60,393 nt of DNA, taken from positions 1 through 60,393 of the forward strand of contig JBBSGT010000004.1 of assembly GCA_038253825.1 (NCBI GenBank), read 5' to 3'. Below, piece by piece: positions 46,489 to 54,177 of this stretch; within the stretch, counting starts at the first letter, position 1, and each line of letters begins with the position of its first letter. The DNA comes from Candidatus Levyibacteriota bacterium (GTDB taxonomy: Bacteria > Patescibacteriota > Microgenomatia > Levybacterales > UBA12049). Position numbers and translations under genes: made by a program. A model generated the notes under the pieces. The model saw nothing but the letters and a program-made list of their open reading frames with translations, did no database searches and was not told where the DNA came from.

Positions 46489-47235
46489 TTATTTATCTAA
46501 TTCTTCCAGTTCTTTAAGTAATCTTTTTCGTTTTTCCTGTATTTTTGTATCATTATGGTATCTATGGTATGAAGGTGAGACTTTTACCGTACTTGTTCTT
46601 ATTTCTATAAAAAACAATCCCAAAAACCCCATTCCAAAACCAAATAAAAGTCCACCAATGACATCTGTAGTCCAATGCTCTCCCAAACTGATACGACTAA
46701 CACAAACGAAAATAACAAAAAGAGCTGTTAGAGAGAGTAATACGAATTTAACAGGGAGAGAAAACTTTTTTGAAAGGCAAATTGTATAGGCAAATAGTAT
46801 AGCAACAAAAATTGTTCTAAAACTATGCCCGGAGGGATAGGAAGAGCCTGCCTGCACATAAGTTTTATCAAAACTCATCGGAGCAACATCCAGATGTTTA
46901 TAAAACATAAATGGCGGCGGCGGATGGTGAATAAATACTTTTCCGAAAAGCTCTACCGCATGCGATGCAAAGAACAATAAAAGTATAAAAATACCACTTA
47001 TTTTTTTTCTAAAAACAAGCAGCACAATGAGGAGCACTGCCATACTTTCGATACTCGCTAGAAAACTAAACACAGGGTAGACTTTATCAAATCGTAGTCC
47101 TGTATGATCCTGCAATTTGACGGTTGTATTAAAATCAAATGTATCTAATCCATGTTTTCTGACGATAACTGAAAAAAGAAAGAAGAGTGCTAAAGAGATA
47201 ATGCTGAGTGAGATAAATATTGTTTTCTTATTCAT
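46489..47235 (-). CDS. PAP2 superfamily phosphatase (membrane lipid-phosphate/undecaprenyl-PP phosphatase-like)
   Basis: SYPSGHSFRT and SRISLGEHWTTDVIGG acid-phosphatase motifs. Multi-TM. Confidence 0.85.
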   Translation of the reverse strand: MNKKTIFISLSIISLALFFLFSVIVRKHGLDTFDFNTTVKLQDHTGLRFDKVYPVFSFLASIESMAVLLIVLLVFRKKISGIFILLLFFASHAVELFGKVFIHHPPPPFMFYKHLDVAPMSFDKTYVQAGSSYPSGHSFRTIFVAILFAYTICLSKKFSLPVKFVLLSLTALFVIFVCVSRISLGEHWTTDVIGGLLFGFGMGFLGLFFIEIRTSTVKVSPSYHRYHNDTKIQEKRKRLLKELEELDK

Positions 47236-47242
47236 AAAGAAA

Positions 47243-48445
47243 TTATACTGCTAACGCTTTTGGATGATAAAATCTGGTAAATACGACGAGTAACAACGCT
47301 GCTACCGCTGCAATTATAGCACCAAAGAAGAAAGGAGCGGCAGGATTTACTGTATCCCACAAAAAACCGGCAATGATACTCGCAGGAAGTGTTACAAGAC
47401 CGATAACAGCATTGTAAACACCATATGCTCTCCCTCTAAATTCAGTTGGGATGATATCAGCAACAAATGCTTTGGCTACTCCTTCGGTTGTTGCATAATA
47501 AATGCCATAAAAGGCAAAAAGTAACCAAATCTGATACCCCTTATTCGCAATTGCAAAGCCAAAATAGGCAAAAGCATAAGCTATCCATCCAATGAGAATA
47601 ACTTTTTCGCGACCAATCTTGTCTGATAAACTTCCAAGCGGAATGGACGCAGAAGCATAAATAAAATTAAAGAGAGCATATACTAAGGGGATAGCAAGGA
47701 TACTGACACCAACATTTTGTGCTCGAAGTATAAGGAAAGTATCAGATGAATTCCCAATTGAGAACAACACGACAATTCCCAAAAATATATAAAACTTTTT
47801 TGGTAGTGCAAACGAAAGAGCTTTTGCAGGATCTTTTTTGGCGTAAGGCACTTCTTTTACGAAAAAGACAATAATTGCGAGAGTAAACAGCAGTGGAATC
47901 GCGGCAATAAAGAAAATATAATGATACTTCAAATTGTTATCTTTGAGGAGAAGTAAAAGAGCAAAAAGAATGAGTGGTCCTACAACTGAGCCTAGTGTAT
48001 CAAGTGCTCTAACTATTCCAAAACCTTTTCCTCGACTTTCTTTTTGCGTAGATTCTGCAATGAGTGCGTCCTTTGGTGAATCTTTAATTCCTTTTCCTAT
48101 ACCATCAAGAAAGCGTAGAAAAAGTACAAACCCTGCGGAAGTTGTTAGTGCTAAGAGTGGTCTTCCAACAAGGGAAAGAAAATATCCTGCAAAGACAATT
48201 GCTTTATTCGTCCGAAACCTATCAGAAAGAAAGCCTGAAACAATTTTGAAAATACTTGCGCTGCTGGTAACAAGTCCTTCCGTTAATCCAATAAATGATT
48301 TATCTAAATGGAGAACATTGGCTAAGTAAATCGGAAGAATTGGAATAATAATATCCTGACTAATGCCCCCAAAAAAGCTTAGTAAGCCAATGAAAAAGGT
48401 ATTGTTAAAATATCTGCTTCTTTTCGTTCTATTCAGTTTTGTCAT
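47243..48445 (-). CDS. MFS transporter (12 TMS), substrate unknown
   Basis: 400 aa. GFLSDRFRTNK (motif A-like), 12 hydrophobic segments. First gene after the fluoride riboswitch. Confidence 0.85.
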   Translation of the reverse strand: MTKLNRTKRSRYFNNTFFIGLLSFFGGISQDIIIPILPIYLANVLHLDKSFIGLTEGLVTSSASIFKIVSGFLSDRFRTNKAIVFAGYFLSLVGRPLLALTTSAGFVLFLRFLDGIGKGIKDSPKDALIAESTQKESRGKGFGIVRALDTLGSVVGPLILFALLLLLKDNNLKYHYIFFIAAIPLLFTLAIIVFFVKEVPYAKKDPAKALSFALPKKFYIFLGIVVLFSIGNSSDTFLILRAQNVGVSILAIPLVYALFNFIYASASIPLGSLSDKIGREKVILIGWIAYAFAYFGFAIANKGYQIWLLFAFYGIYYATTEGVAKAFVADIIPTEFRGRAYGVYNAVIGLVTLPASIIAGFLWDTVNPAAPFFFGAIIAAVAALLLVVFTRFYHPKALAV

Positions 48446-48535
48446 AAAAAAAGACCTCTACTTTTACTTAGGAAGTAGAAGTCATTAGTCTTAGCAAAAC
48501 TAAGACGATTAAAAGCGGACATCATCACTTGGTTC
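48446..48535 (-). promoter_or_regulatory. fluoride riboswitch (crcB RNA motif) with terminator expression platform
   Basis: Minus strand: AAGUG-AUGAUGUC-CGCUU (P1), UUAAUC, GUCUUAG-UUUUG-CUAAGAC (P3), UAAUGACUUCUAC tail. The tail is the 5' arm of the 11-bp terminator GACUUCUACUU/AAGUAGAGGUC plus U7 (48446-48483), which abuts the ATG and contains the GAGG SD. Confidence 0.8.
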
Positions 48536-48536
48536 T

Positions 48537-48565
48537 ATTCTCTACTTATTTACATACCTTGTCAA
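48537..48565 (-). promoter_or_regulatory. promoter of the riboswitch-controlled operon (TTGACA-17 nt-GAGAAT)
   Basis: -35 at 48560-48565 and -10 at 48537-48542, minus-strand reading. The predicted transcription start falls at the first aptamer helix. Confidence 0.5.
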
Positions 48566-48684
48566 GATAAAGCCTTTGGTTAGAAATCTGTGTGGAATAG
48601 AAACGAAAGAAATATCACCATAGCTTCGGGATTCGCATTTTGAGGGGCTGAATCACGAAGGTATGATTGCAATGCTGCACGTGT

Positions 48685-48758
48685 TGGCTACCGAGCCTGG
48701 ATTCGAACCAGAATAAACAGCTCCAAAGGCTGTTGTCCTACCGTTAGACGACTCGGTA
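48685..48758 (-). tRNA. tRNA-Gln (anticodon UUG), CCA encoded
   Basis: Acceptor TACCGAG/CTCGGTA (U1-A72), anticodon loop CTTTGGA, T-arm TCTGG-TTCGAAT-CCAGG, G73, CCA. Confidence 0.9.
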
Positions 48759-49020
48759 ATTTCAATTCTGTGATCACTACATTTCTAGAAAAACGAGTGA
48801 CATGCTCTATTTTACTAAAAATACCTCCAAAATGCTAATAACAGTTCATCTTATGTGCTAAAAAGCCTGTTCTAACTGAATATTTAAAGAAGACATACTA
48901 TACACCTAAAATAGAATCAAGTTTTTTTATAATTATTTTAATTCTTTTTTTACCGGACTTTTATATTTTGATAAACAGGAATAAATTCTTCATCTAGTAC
49001 TATTTTTCTTAAATTCCCTC

Positions 49021-49049
49021 TTGCAACGAGATATATTATGGGTTATAAT
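49021..49049 (+). promoter_or_regulatory. promoter candidate for the tyrosinase gene (TTGCAA-17 nt-TATAAT)
   Basis: TTGCAA at 49021-49026 and TATAAT at 49044-49049, 25 nt upstream of ATG 49075. Confidence 0.45.
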
Positions 49050-49074
49050 CCATTCAATTGGCAGAAATAAAACT

Positions 49075-51420
49075 ATGAAGGTGGTACGTATAATTTTAGC
49101 GTTAATTATTGTTGTCTTTTCTGTGATTGCACAGTTACAATTTGCCAACGCGCAAACAGCAACTCGTCTCGGAGGAATGAATTTAGATGGTTACTGCGGT
49201 AGTCTTAATGCCGGGGGAGCTTCTCTCAATGGTACTTCTTGGCAATGTGATAGTGGTGCTGCAATCAATATGAGTGCTGCTTGCCAATGGCAATATGCTA
49301 CATCAAGTGCAACTGCAGTCCAAGAAACAGCAAATAATCCTTATTCATGGGCATGTTATTCAGGTAGTCCCGCACAACCAACATCAACTCCGACACCTAC
49401 GACAGGCTCCGGACCTACGGCAACTCCGACGCCAACTCGGGCTGTGACACCAACTCCTACGTCAACTCAAACAGGAAGCACAATCGCTATTTTTAGTGAT
49501 GCTTTGGCAACCAATTGGACTGATGCTTCATATAATGCAACCAATACAATAGTTTCCTCTCCTGTTGCCAGCGGATCAGCAGCTATTGCAACTCAAGTTA
49601 ATGCAAATGGTGGCTTTGATGTACAAGCTCTTACGGCAATCCCAACCGGAACAAATATGACAGTCCATTTTATGTTGCGCACTACTCAAGCAAACCAACG
49701 TTATGAAATTTATGCTGACTCAACCTATGGTCAACCATTGCGAGCTCCTGTCTCTTTAGCAAATTATGGTGGTCAACCAATTGCTACTGGATGGACAACC
49801 TATGATATACCTCTTTCGGATTTGGGCGCAAATAATGTAAATCTTAAAGATATTGTTTTCCATGACGCAACAGGAACAAATCAACCCATTCTTTATATTG
49901 ATGAATTGCAGTTGAGAACGCCTAATGCAACTACTACCCCAACAAATGGAGCTACAGCAACACCGACACCAACTGTTCGGCCCACCGCTACGCCAACGCC
50001 GACAACTGTACCTACAGCAACCCCAACTCCTATAGCTTCAGGAAGCAGTGTGATTGTCTATGGTGATGCCTTGGCAAGTGGTTGGAGTGACGCTTCATAC
50101 AATGCTACAGATACGAGTGTTACGACACCTGTATTTAGCGGCACAAATGCAATTTCATCACTAATTAATGCAAACGGTGGTTTTGATTTGCAATCTGTAA
50201 GTGGTCAAATTACCACAAGTACGACTTCTCTTCATTTTGCACTACGTGCTACACAAGCAAATCAGCAATATGAAGTTTATGCAGATACACAGTATGGTCA
50301 ACCATTGCGCGCACCGGTCTCACTTGCAAATTATGGTGGGCAACCGACTGCTACTGGATGGACATCCTATGACATACCACTTTCAGCATTAGGTGCAACA
50401 GGTGTTATGCTTAAAGATATTGCTATTCACGACTCAACAGGAACCAATCAGCCTGTTCTTTATGTTGACGATGTAGAACTCCGTTCAGCCAGTGGCTCAA
50501 CCACACCGACACCAATTCCTACAACAGGCGCTACCCCAACAGTAACCCCGACACCCACCACGAGTACATCAGGTGTTATCGTCCGCCAAAGTATTTATGC
50601 TTTAACTCCAACTCAGTTAACTCGTCTTGCGAATGCACTTAATACTATGCGTTCAAATGGTACTTATCAAGACTTTATGAATCGCCACCAAGCAGCAATG
50701 TCTACACTAACTCCTACCAATGAAACAGGAACCCAGAGAAATGTAGCTCATCGTGGCCCGGCTTTCCTCCCATGGCATCGAGCATTCTTATGGGAATTTG
50801 AACAAGACTTGCGTAAGATAGATCCAACAGTGACATTGCCATATTGGCCTTTTGAACAAGACGCAAGTTCAGCAAGTGCAGGTCAATTACCAAAAGTCTT
50901 TACTGCAGCATATTTCGGTGGCGACGGTAATCGTTCAAGCAATAATTTGGTGACCGATGGTCCATTTACTTCATGGAATATCACACGAGAAATCGGTCGT
51001 GATCCTCAAGGAATGCCAACCTTATCAACACAAGCTGATATCAATGCCATGTTGCAGCTCACAACCTATGACGGCGCACCTTATGATGAACAATCAAGTG
51101 GATTCCGGAATGCTATCGAAGGCTGGGTTGGAAATGAAGGAGAATGGAGTGGCCACAATCGCGTTCACGCGTACATCGGGGGAGATATGGCTGGAAACAC
51201 CAACCAAAATATCGTGAATGATCCTATCTTCTTCCTCCTTCATGCAGACGTTGATCGTCTTTGGTGGCAATGGCAGCAACAGCATGGTCAGAACACATAC
51301 GCTCCGACAAGTGGCGGTCCGATAGGACACAACCTCAATGACGTAATGCAAGATCTTCCTGAAGGATTCACTCCAGCACAAACCATGAGCACCCAATCGA
51401 TGGGATATACCTATCAATAA
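49075..51420 (+). CDS. secreted multidomain tyrosinase (type-3 copper polyphenol oxidase) with Cys-rich N-domain and two CBM-like modules
   Basis: Signal peptide ..FANA|QT. CuA VAHRGPAFLPWHRAFLWEFEQDL. CuB HNRVHAYIGGDM..NDPIFFLLHADVDRLWWQWQ, nearly collinear with Streptomyces MelC2. Two ~150-aa repeats separated by PT linkers. Confidence 0.85.
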   Translation: MKVVRIILALIIVVFSVIAQLQFANAQTATRLGGMNLDGYCGSLNAGGASLNGTSWQCDSGAAINMSAACQWQYATSSATAVQETANNPYSWACYSGSPAQPTSTPTPTTGSGPTATPTPTRAVTPTPTSTQTGSTIAIFSDALATNWTDASYNATNTIVSSPVASGSAAIATQVNANGGFDVQALTAIPTGTNMTVHFMLRTTQANQRYEIYADSTYGQPLRAPVSLANYGGQPIATGWTTYDIPLSDLGANNVNLKDIVFHDATGTNQPILYIDELQLRTPNATTTPTNGATATPTPTVRPTATPTPTTVPTATPTPIASGSSVIVYGDALASGWSDASYNATDTSVTTPVFSGTNAISSLINANGGFDLQSVSGQITTSTTSLHFALRATQANQQYEVYADTQYGQPLRAPVSLANYGGQPTATGWTSYDIPLSALGATGVMLKDIAIHDSTGTNQPVLYVDDVELRSASGSTTPTPIPTTGATPTVTPTPTTSTSGVIVRQSIYALTPTQLTRLANALNTMRSNGTYQDFMNRHQAAMSTLTPTNETGTQRNVAHRGPAFLPWHRAFLWEFEQDLRKIDPTVTLPYWPFEQDASSASAGQLPKVFTAAYFGGDGNRSSNNLVTDGPFTSWNITREIGRDPQGMPTLSTQADINAMLQLTTYDGAPYDEQSSGFRNAIEGWVGNEGEWSGHNRVHAYIGGDMAGNTNQNIVNDPIFFLLHADVDRLWWQWQQQHGQNTYAPTSGGPIGHNLNDVMQDLPEGFTPAQTMSTQSMGYTYQ

Positions 51421-51440
51421 AAATAGTGTATACTTTTTTT

Positions 51441-52064
51441 ATGAGGTATTCAGTCTACTTCTCAATTTTACTTGCAGCATTTAGCTTTTTCCTTTTCCCC
51501 TCAGTAACCCATGCGGATTTCGATGCGTCCGATAATTCTATTAGTGCGATTATTCACATAACAGCGGTTGATGGAGGTTCCATGGGATCGATGAATATGG
51601 CACCAATAAATAACCCGACAGCAAATTCGCCACTCCAAATGGAACTCTCATTTAAAGATACCCAAAATAAATTTCAACTTAAAAATTGTACCTGTATGCT
51701 AACTATTACTCAGCCGAAAAGGCTCCCCTACACGCAACAAGTAACAGTTAAAAATTTTAGGGCCCCCACTAACAATACAGAAATAGTTTATAACTTCCCT
51801 TCTCCTGCTACATACACAATGACATTGACAGGTAAGCCAAACGATAGTAGCTTTGCACCATTTACATTAAAATGGCAAATTCCAGTTGGCGGTAAATTTG
51901 TCTCCACACCAAAAGCCAAACATCCCCGTCAATCAAACATAGGTTGGTATATAGGCATTGTAATTGCTTTGATTTTAGGCTTGGCTTATTGGCAGTTTTA
52001 TTATAAAGCACACAAAAAACAGAGAACAACTCCTCCTTCCAATCCGACACCTCCGACAGTCTAA
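51441..52064 (+). CDS. secreted, C-terminally membrane-anchored CxC-motif protein (paralogue of 4799-5389)
   Basis: Signal peptide, FKDTQNKFQLKNCTCMLTI, GKPNDSSFAPFTLKWQI, TM helix and basic tail. Lies 20 nt after the tyrosinase stop. Confidence 0.6.
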   Translation: MRYSVYFSILLAAFSFFLFPSVTHADFDASDNSISAIIHITAVDGGSMGSMNMAPINNPTANSPLQMELSFKDTQNKFQLKNCTCMLTITQPKRLPYTQQVTVKNFRAPTNNTEIVYNFPSPATYTMTLTGKPNDSSFAPFTLKWQIPVGGKFVSTPKAKHPRQSNIGWYIGIVIALILGLAYWQFYYKAHKKQRTTPPSNPTPPTV

Positions 52065-52105
52065 TTCTTATTGACAACAACTTTTGTGAATGAAATACTT
52101 TATGT

Positions 52106-52441
52106 ATGACAACGAACTATTCGCGAGGATCAATGCTTATTCCTGTCATTCTTATTGTGGTGATTTGTCTCGGAATGCTTGGATTTATTTTTTTCAAGTC
52201 ATCAGTGCATAAAATGCCAGTAAATAATGTCCCAGCCTTCACACCAACGCAAGCCGCGACATCAGTCCAGTCCCAGCCCACCAAAGACTTCGCCCCAAAT
52301 TTACCCATGAGCCAAAAATCAACTATTACTATCCGACTCTCAGACAGTTCTACGATGAAATACATCGTACCCAAAACCCAAGTAGACACTTATATCAAAA
52401 ATCTTCCCAAGGGGTACACTGTTCTTTCCACTACAAAATAA
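52106..52441 (+). CDS. hypothetical membrane-anchored protein
   Basis: 111 aa with one N-terminal TM helix. No motif. Confidence 0.4.
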   Translation: MTTNYSRGSMLIPVILIVVICLGMLGFIFFKSSVHKMPVNNVPAFTPTQAATSVQSQPTKDFAPNLPMSQKSTITIRLSDSSTMKYIVPKTQVDTYIKNLPKGYTVLSTTK

Positions 52442-52475
52442 GCTCAAACAGTTTTACTAGTCACTTATGGATAAT

Positions 52476-52700
52476 TTAATATGAGTTTAAATTGTGGTAT
52501 TTTCGTAAAATGACCTCTACAACAAAACTTTTCTCAATCTTATTATTTCGATTTATCATTCTTTGTCTGCTTTTGCCGTCAAGATTTTTCTGCATAAAAT
52601 CATTAAAATCCCCTTCCTCATCAATCGCTTGATGAGAAGAAGACTGCTTCCGTAGTTTTCCTGCATCAACAGGATCTTCAATAATTTTAAACGTAATCAT
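52476..52700 (-). CDS. hypothetical small protein (doubtful)
   Basis: 74-aa ORF with no SD and no motif. Confidence 0.2.
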   Translation of the reverse strand: MITFKIIEDPVDAGKLRKQSSSHQAIDEEGDFNDFMQKNLDGKSRQRMINRNNKIEKSFVVEVILRKYHNLNSY

Positions 52701-52788
52701 AAATCTTTAATGAAGCTATTATATTCCCTTTTTAGCTTCCAATAAACACTTGGCCCATAACATGTTGTCGAAACTTGTAAACTACTTA

Positions 52789-52817
52789 TTGATTTTTTTG
52801 GAAACCGGTTATATAAT
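52789..52817 (+). promoter_or_regulatory. promoter candidate (TTGATT-17 nt-TATAAT) for the ATP-grasp-like gene
   Basis: TTGATT at 52789-52794 and TATAAT at 52812-52817, 24 nt upstream of the ATG. Confidence 0.45.
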
Positions 52818-52841
52818 ATTTTTTTATAATACTGTTGCATT

Positions 52842-54173
52842 ATGTTAGGGTCTCACGCCACACACATAAGTCAACATGATCGAGAAGAGCATGCCAATCA
52901 GCTCTCTCTCAGTCTTGTTGAATTTAATAAATTGCTTGATTCTGCGAATCGTGCCTATGAAGTAATCAAAGAATTAGGTCCATTTTATGGTCGAGAAGAA
53001 ATCGAAGAACCTACTTTCCGAGTTACTGCAAAACCCGTATTACTTCCAAAAGGCTCAGAGAAACTATTAATACAGTTCGGTAACGATCTGGTCCACTTAG
53101 CACGAGCCTTAAAAGAACTCCCTGCTTCACAGAAAAAATTATTAGGAGAAAATATAGACTTTAGTATTCCTGGAACGTGGCGAATTGATGCTATTCTTTT
53201 GGAAAAAGGACACATAAAAGTAAATGAAGTTGAAGGTGTAGATAGTGCAAATGCTCTTATGATAGCAGAACAGCAGGCATACCATCTACAATCATTGAGA
53301 GAATCAACTGCTGCAAAACTTATTCCGACATTAAAAGCAATGTGCGTTCCGCAAAATAAAGATTATTATAAAATAGCGCTTCTTCGAAATATTACTCCTT
53401 TTAGTCCCCACACTGTTAATGCAACTCGTTTTATTAAATTTCTTGACATTCTTTCTAAAGGAACGCTTGAGGTTGAAATGCTTGATTCAACTGCAATTCG
53501 TGATGGGTCTCTTACCCCTAACTGGAAAAAATATGCAGGTGTAATTAATGAGCAAGATTTTTCGGTAGGTGAGTTATTAAAATTAGGTCTTATAAAGACT
53601 CAAATCCTTTCTTCAGGAAATTATAATGCTATTGGCAATAAAGGGGTGTTTGCCTTACTATTTGATGAAACCTTAGAATCATTTTGGATAACGAAGCTAG
53701 GAAAGGTGCGTCTTGAAAGATTAAAAAAGATTCTTCTTCCTTCTTCTTTTATAACCTCTATAAGTGAACTTGAAAAAGCAAGAAATGAAGGTAAAGTTGT
53801 GAAAGTTAGCTGGGCAGGTTCAGAGACTGCATTAATCAACCGATCTCGCGGTGTCGCAATGCCTAATGATTTAGACGAACATGGTACTAACGAGCGATGG
53901 GAATTGCTTAAAACGTTATTACAACAGGGGGTTAAAATTATTGCGCAAGATTTTGTCATGCCAAGTAAAATCCGAGCATTATTACGTAAAAAGGGTACAA
54001 ATCTTGAACCTGTAGAATGGTACAATAGAATCTGCGTAAAATATGTTGCAGAAGGCGATCCAAACGCATATGCTGTACCAAGTGTCGTATTGACTGCAAC
54101 AGAAGTAACGTTAGGTCCAGATATTATTCCTGCAGGAAGAAAATGCGCTTTTACAGCGGGAAGGTTGCGATAG
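52842..54173 (+). CDS. hypothetical protein, ATP-grasp-like (pre-ATP-grasp / glutathionylspermidine-synthetase-like pattern)
   Basis: 443 aa. GTWRIDAILLEKGHIKVNEVEGVDSANALMIAEQQ resembles the RfDf..dG..KllEyNaDtP segment. AIGNKGVFALLF resembles llsNKallplL. Also KVVKVSWAGSE and IIAQDFV. Confidence 0.35.
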   Translation: MLGSHATHISQHDREEHANQLSLSLVEFNKLLDSANRAYEVIKELGPFYGREEIEEPTFRVTAKPVLLPKGSEKLLIQFGNDLVHLARALKELPASQKKLLGENIDFSIPGTWRIDAILLEKGHIKVNEVEGVDSANALMIAEQQAYHLQSLRESTAAKLIPTLKAMCVPQNKDYYKIALLRNITPFSPHTVNATRFIKFLDILSKGTLEVEMLDSTAIRDGSLTPNWKKYAGVINEQDFSVGELLKLGLIKTQILSSGNYNAIGNKGVFALLFDETLESFWITKLGKVRLERLKKILLPSSFITSISELEKARNEGKVVKVSWAGSETALINRSRGVAMPNDLDEHGTNERWELLKTLLQQGVKIIAQDFVMPSKIRALLRKKGTNLEPVEWYNRICVKYVAEGDPNAYAVPSVVLTATEVTLGPDIIPAGRKCAFTAGRLR

Positions 54174-54177
54174 GTAT

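Noticed and set aside
48600-48684. Nested helices (CATAGCTTCG/CGAAGGTATG around GATTC/GAATC) between the riboswitch promoter and tRNA-Gln, considered as a second structured RNA.
   Set aside because: It lies upstream of the predicted promoter and matches no family I know. The helices are short and contain mismatches. It may be a tRNA-Gln leader or promoter region.
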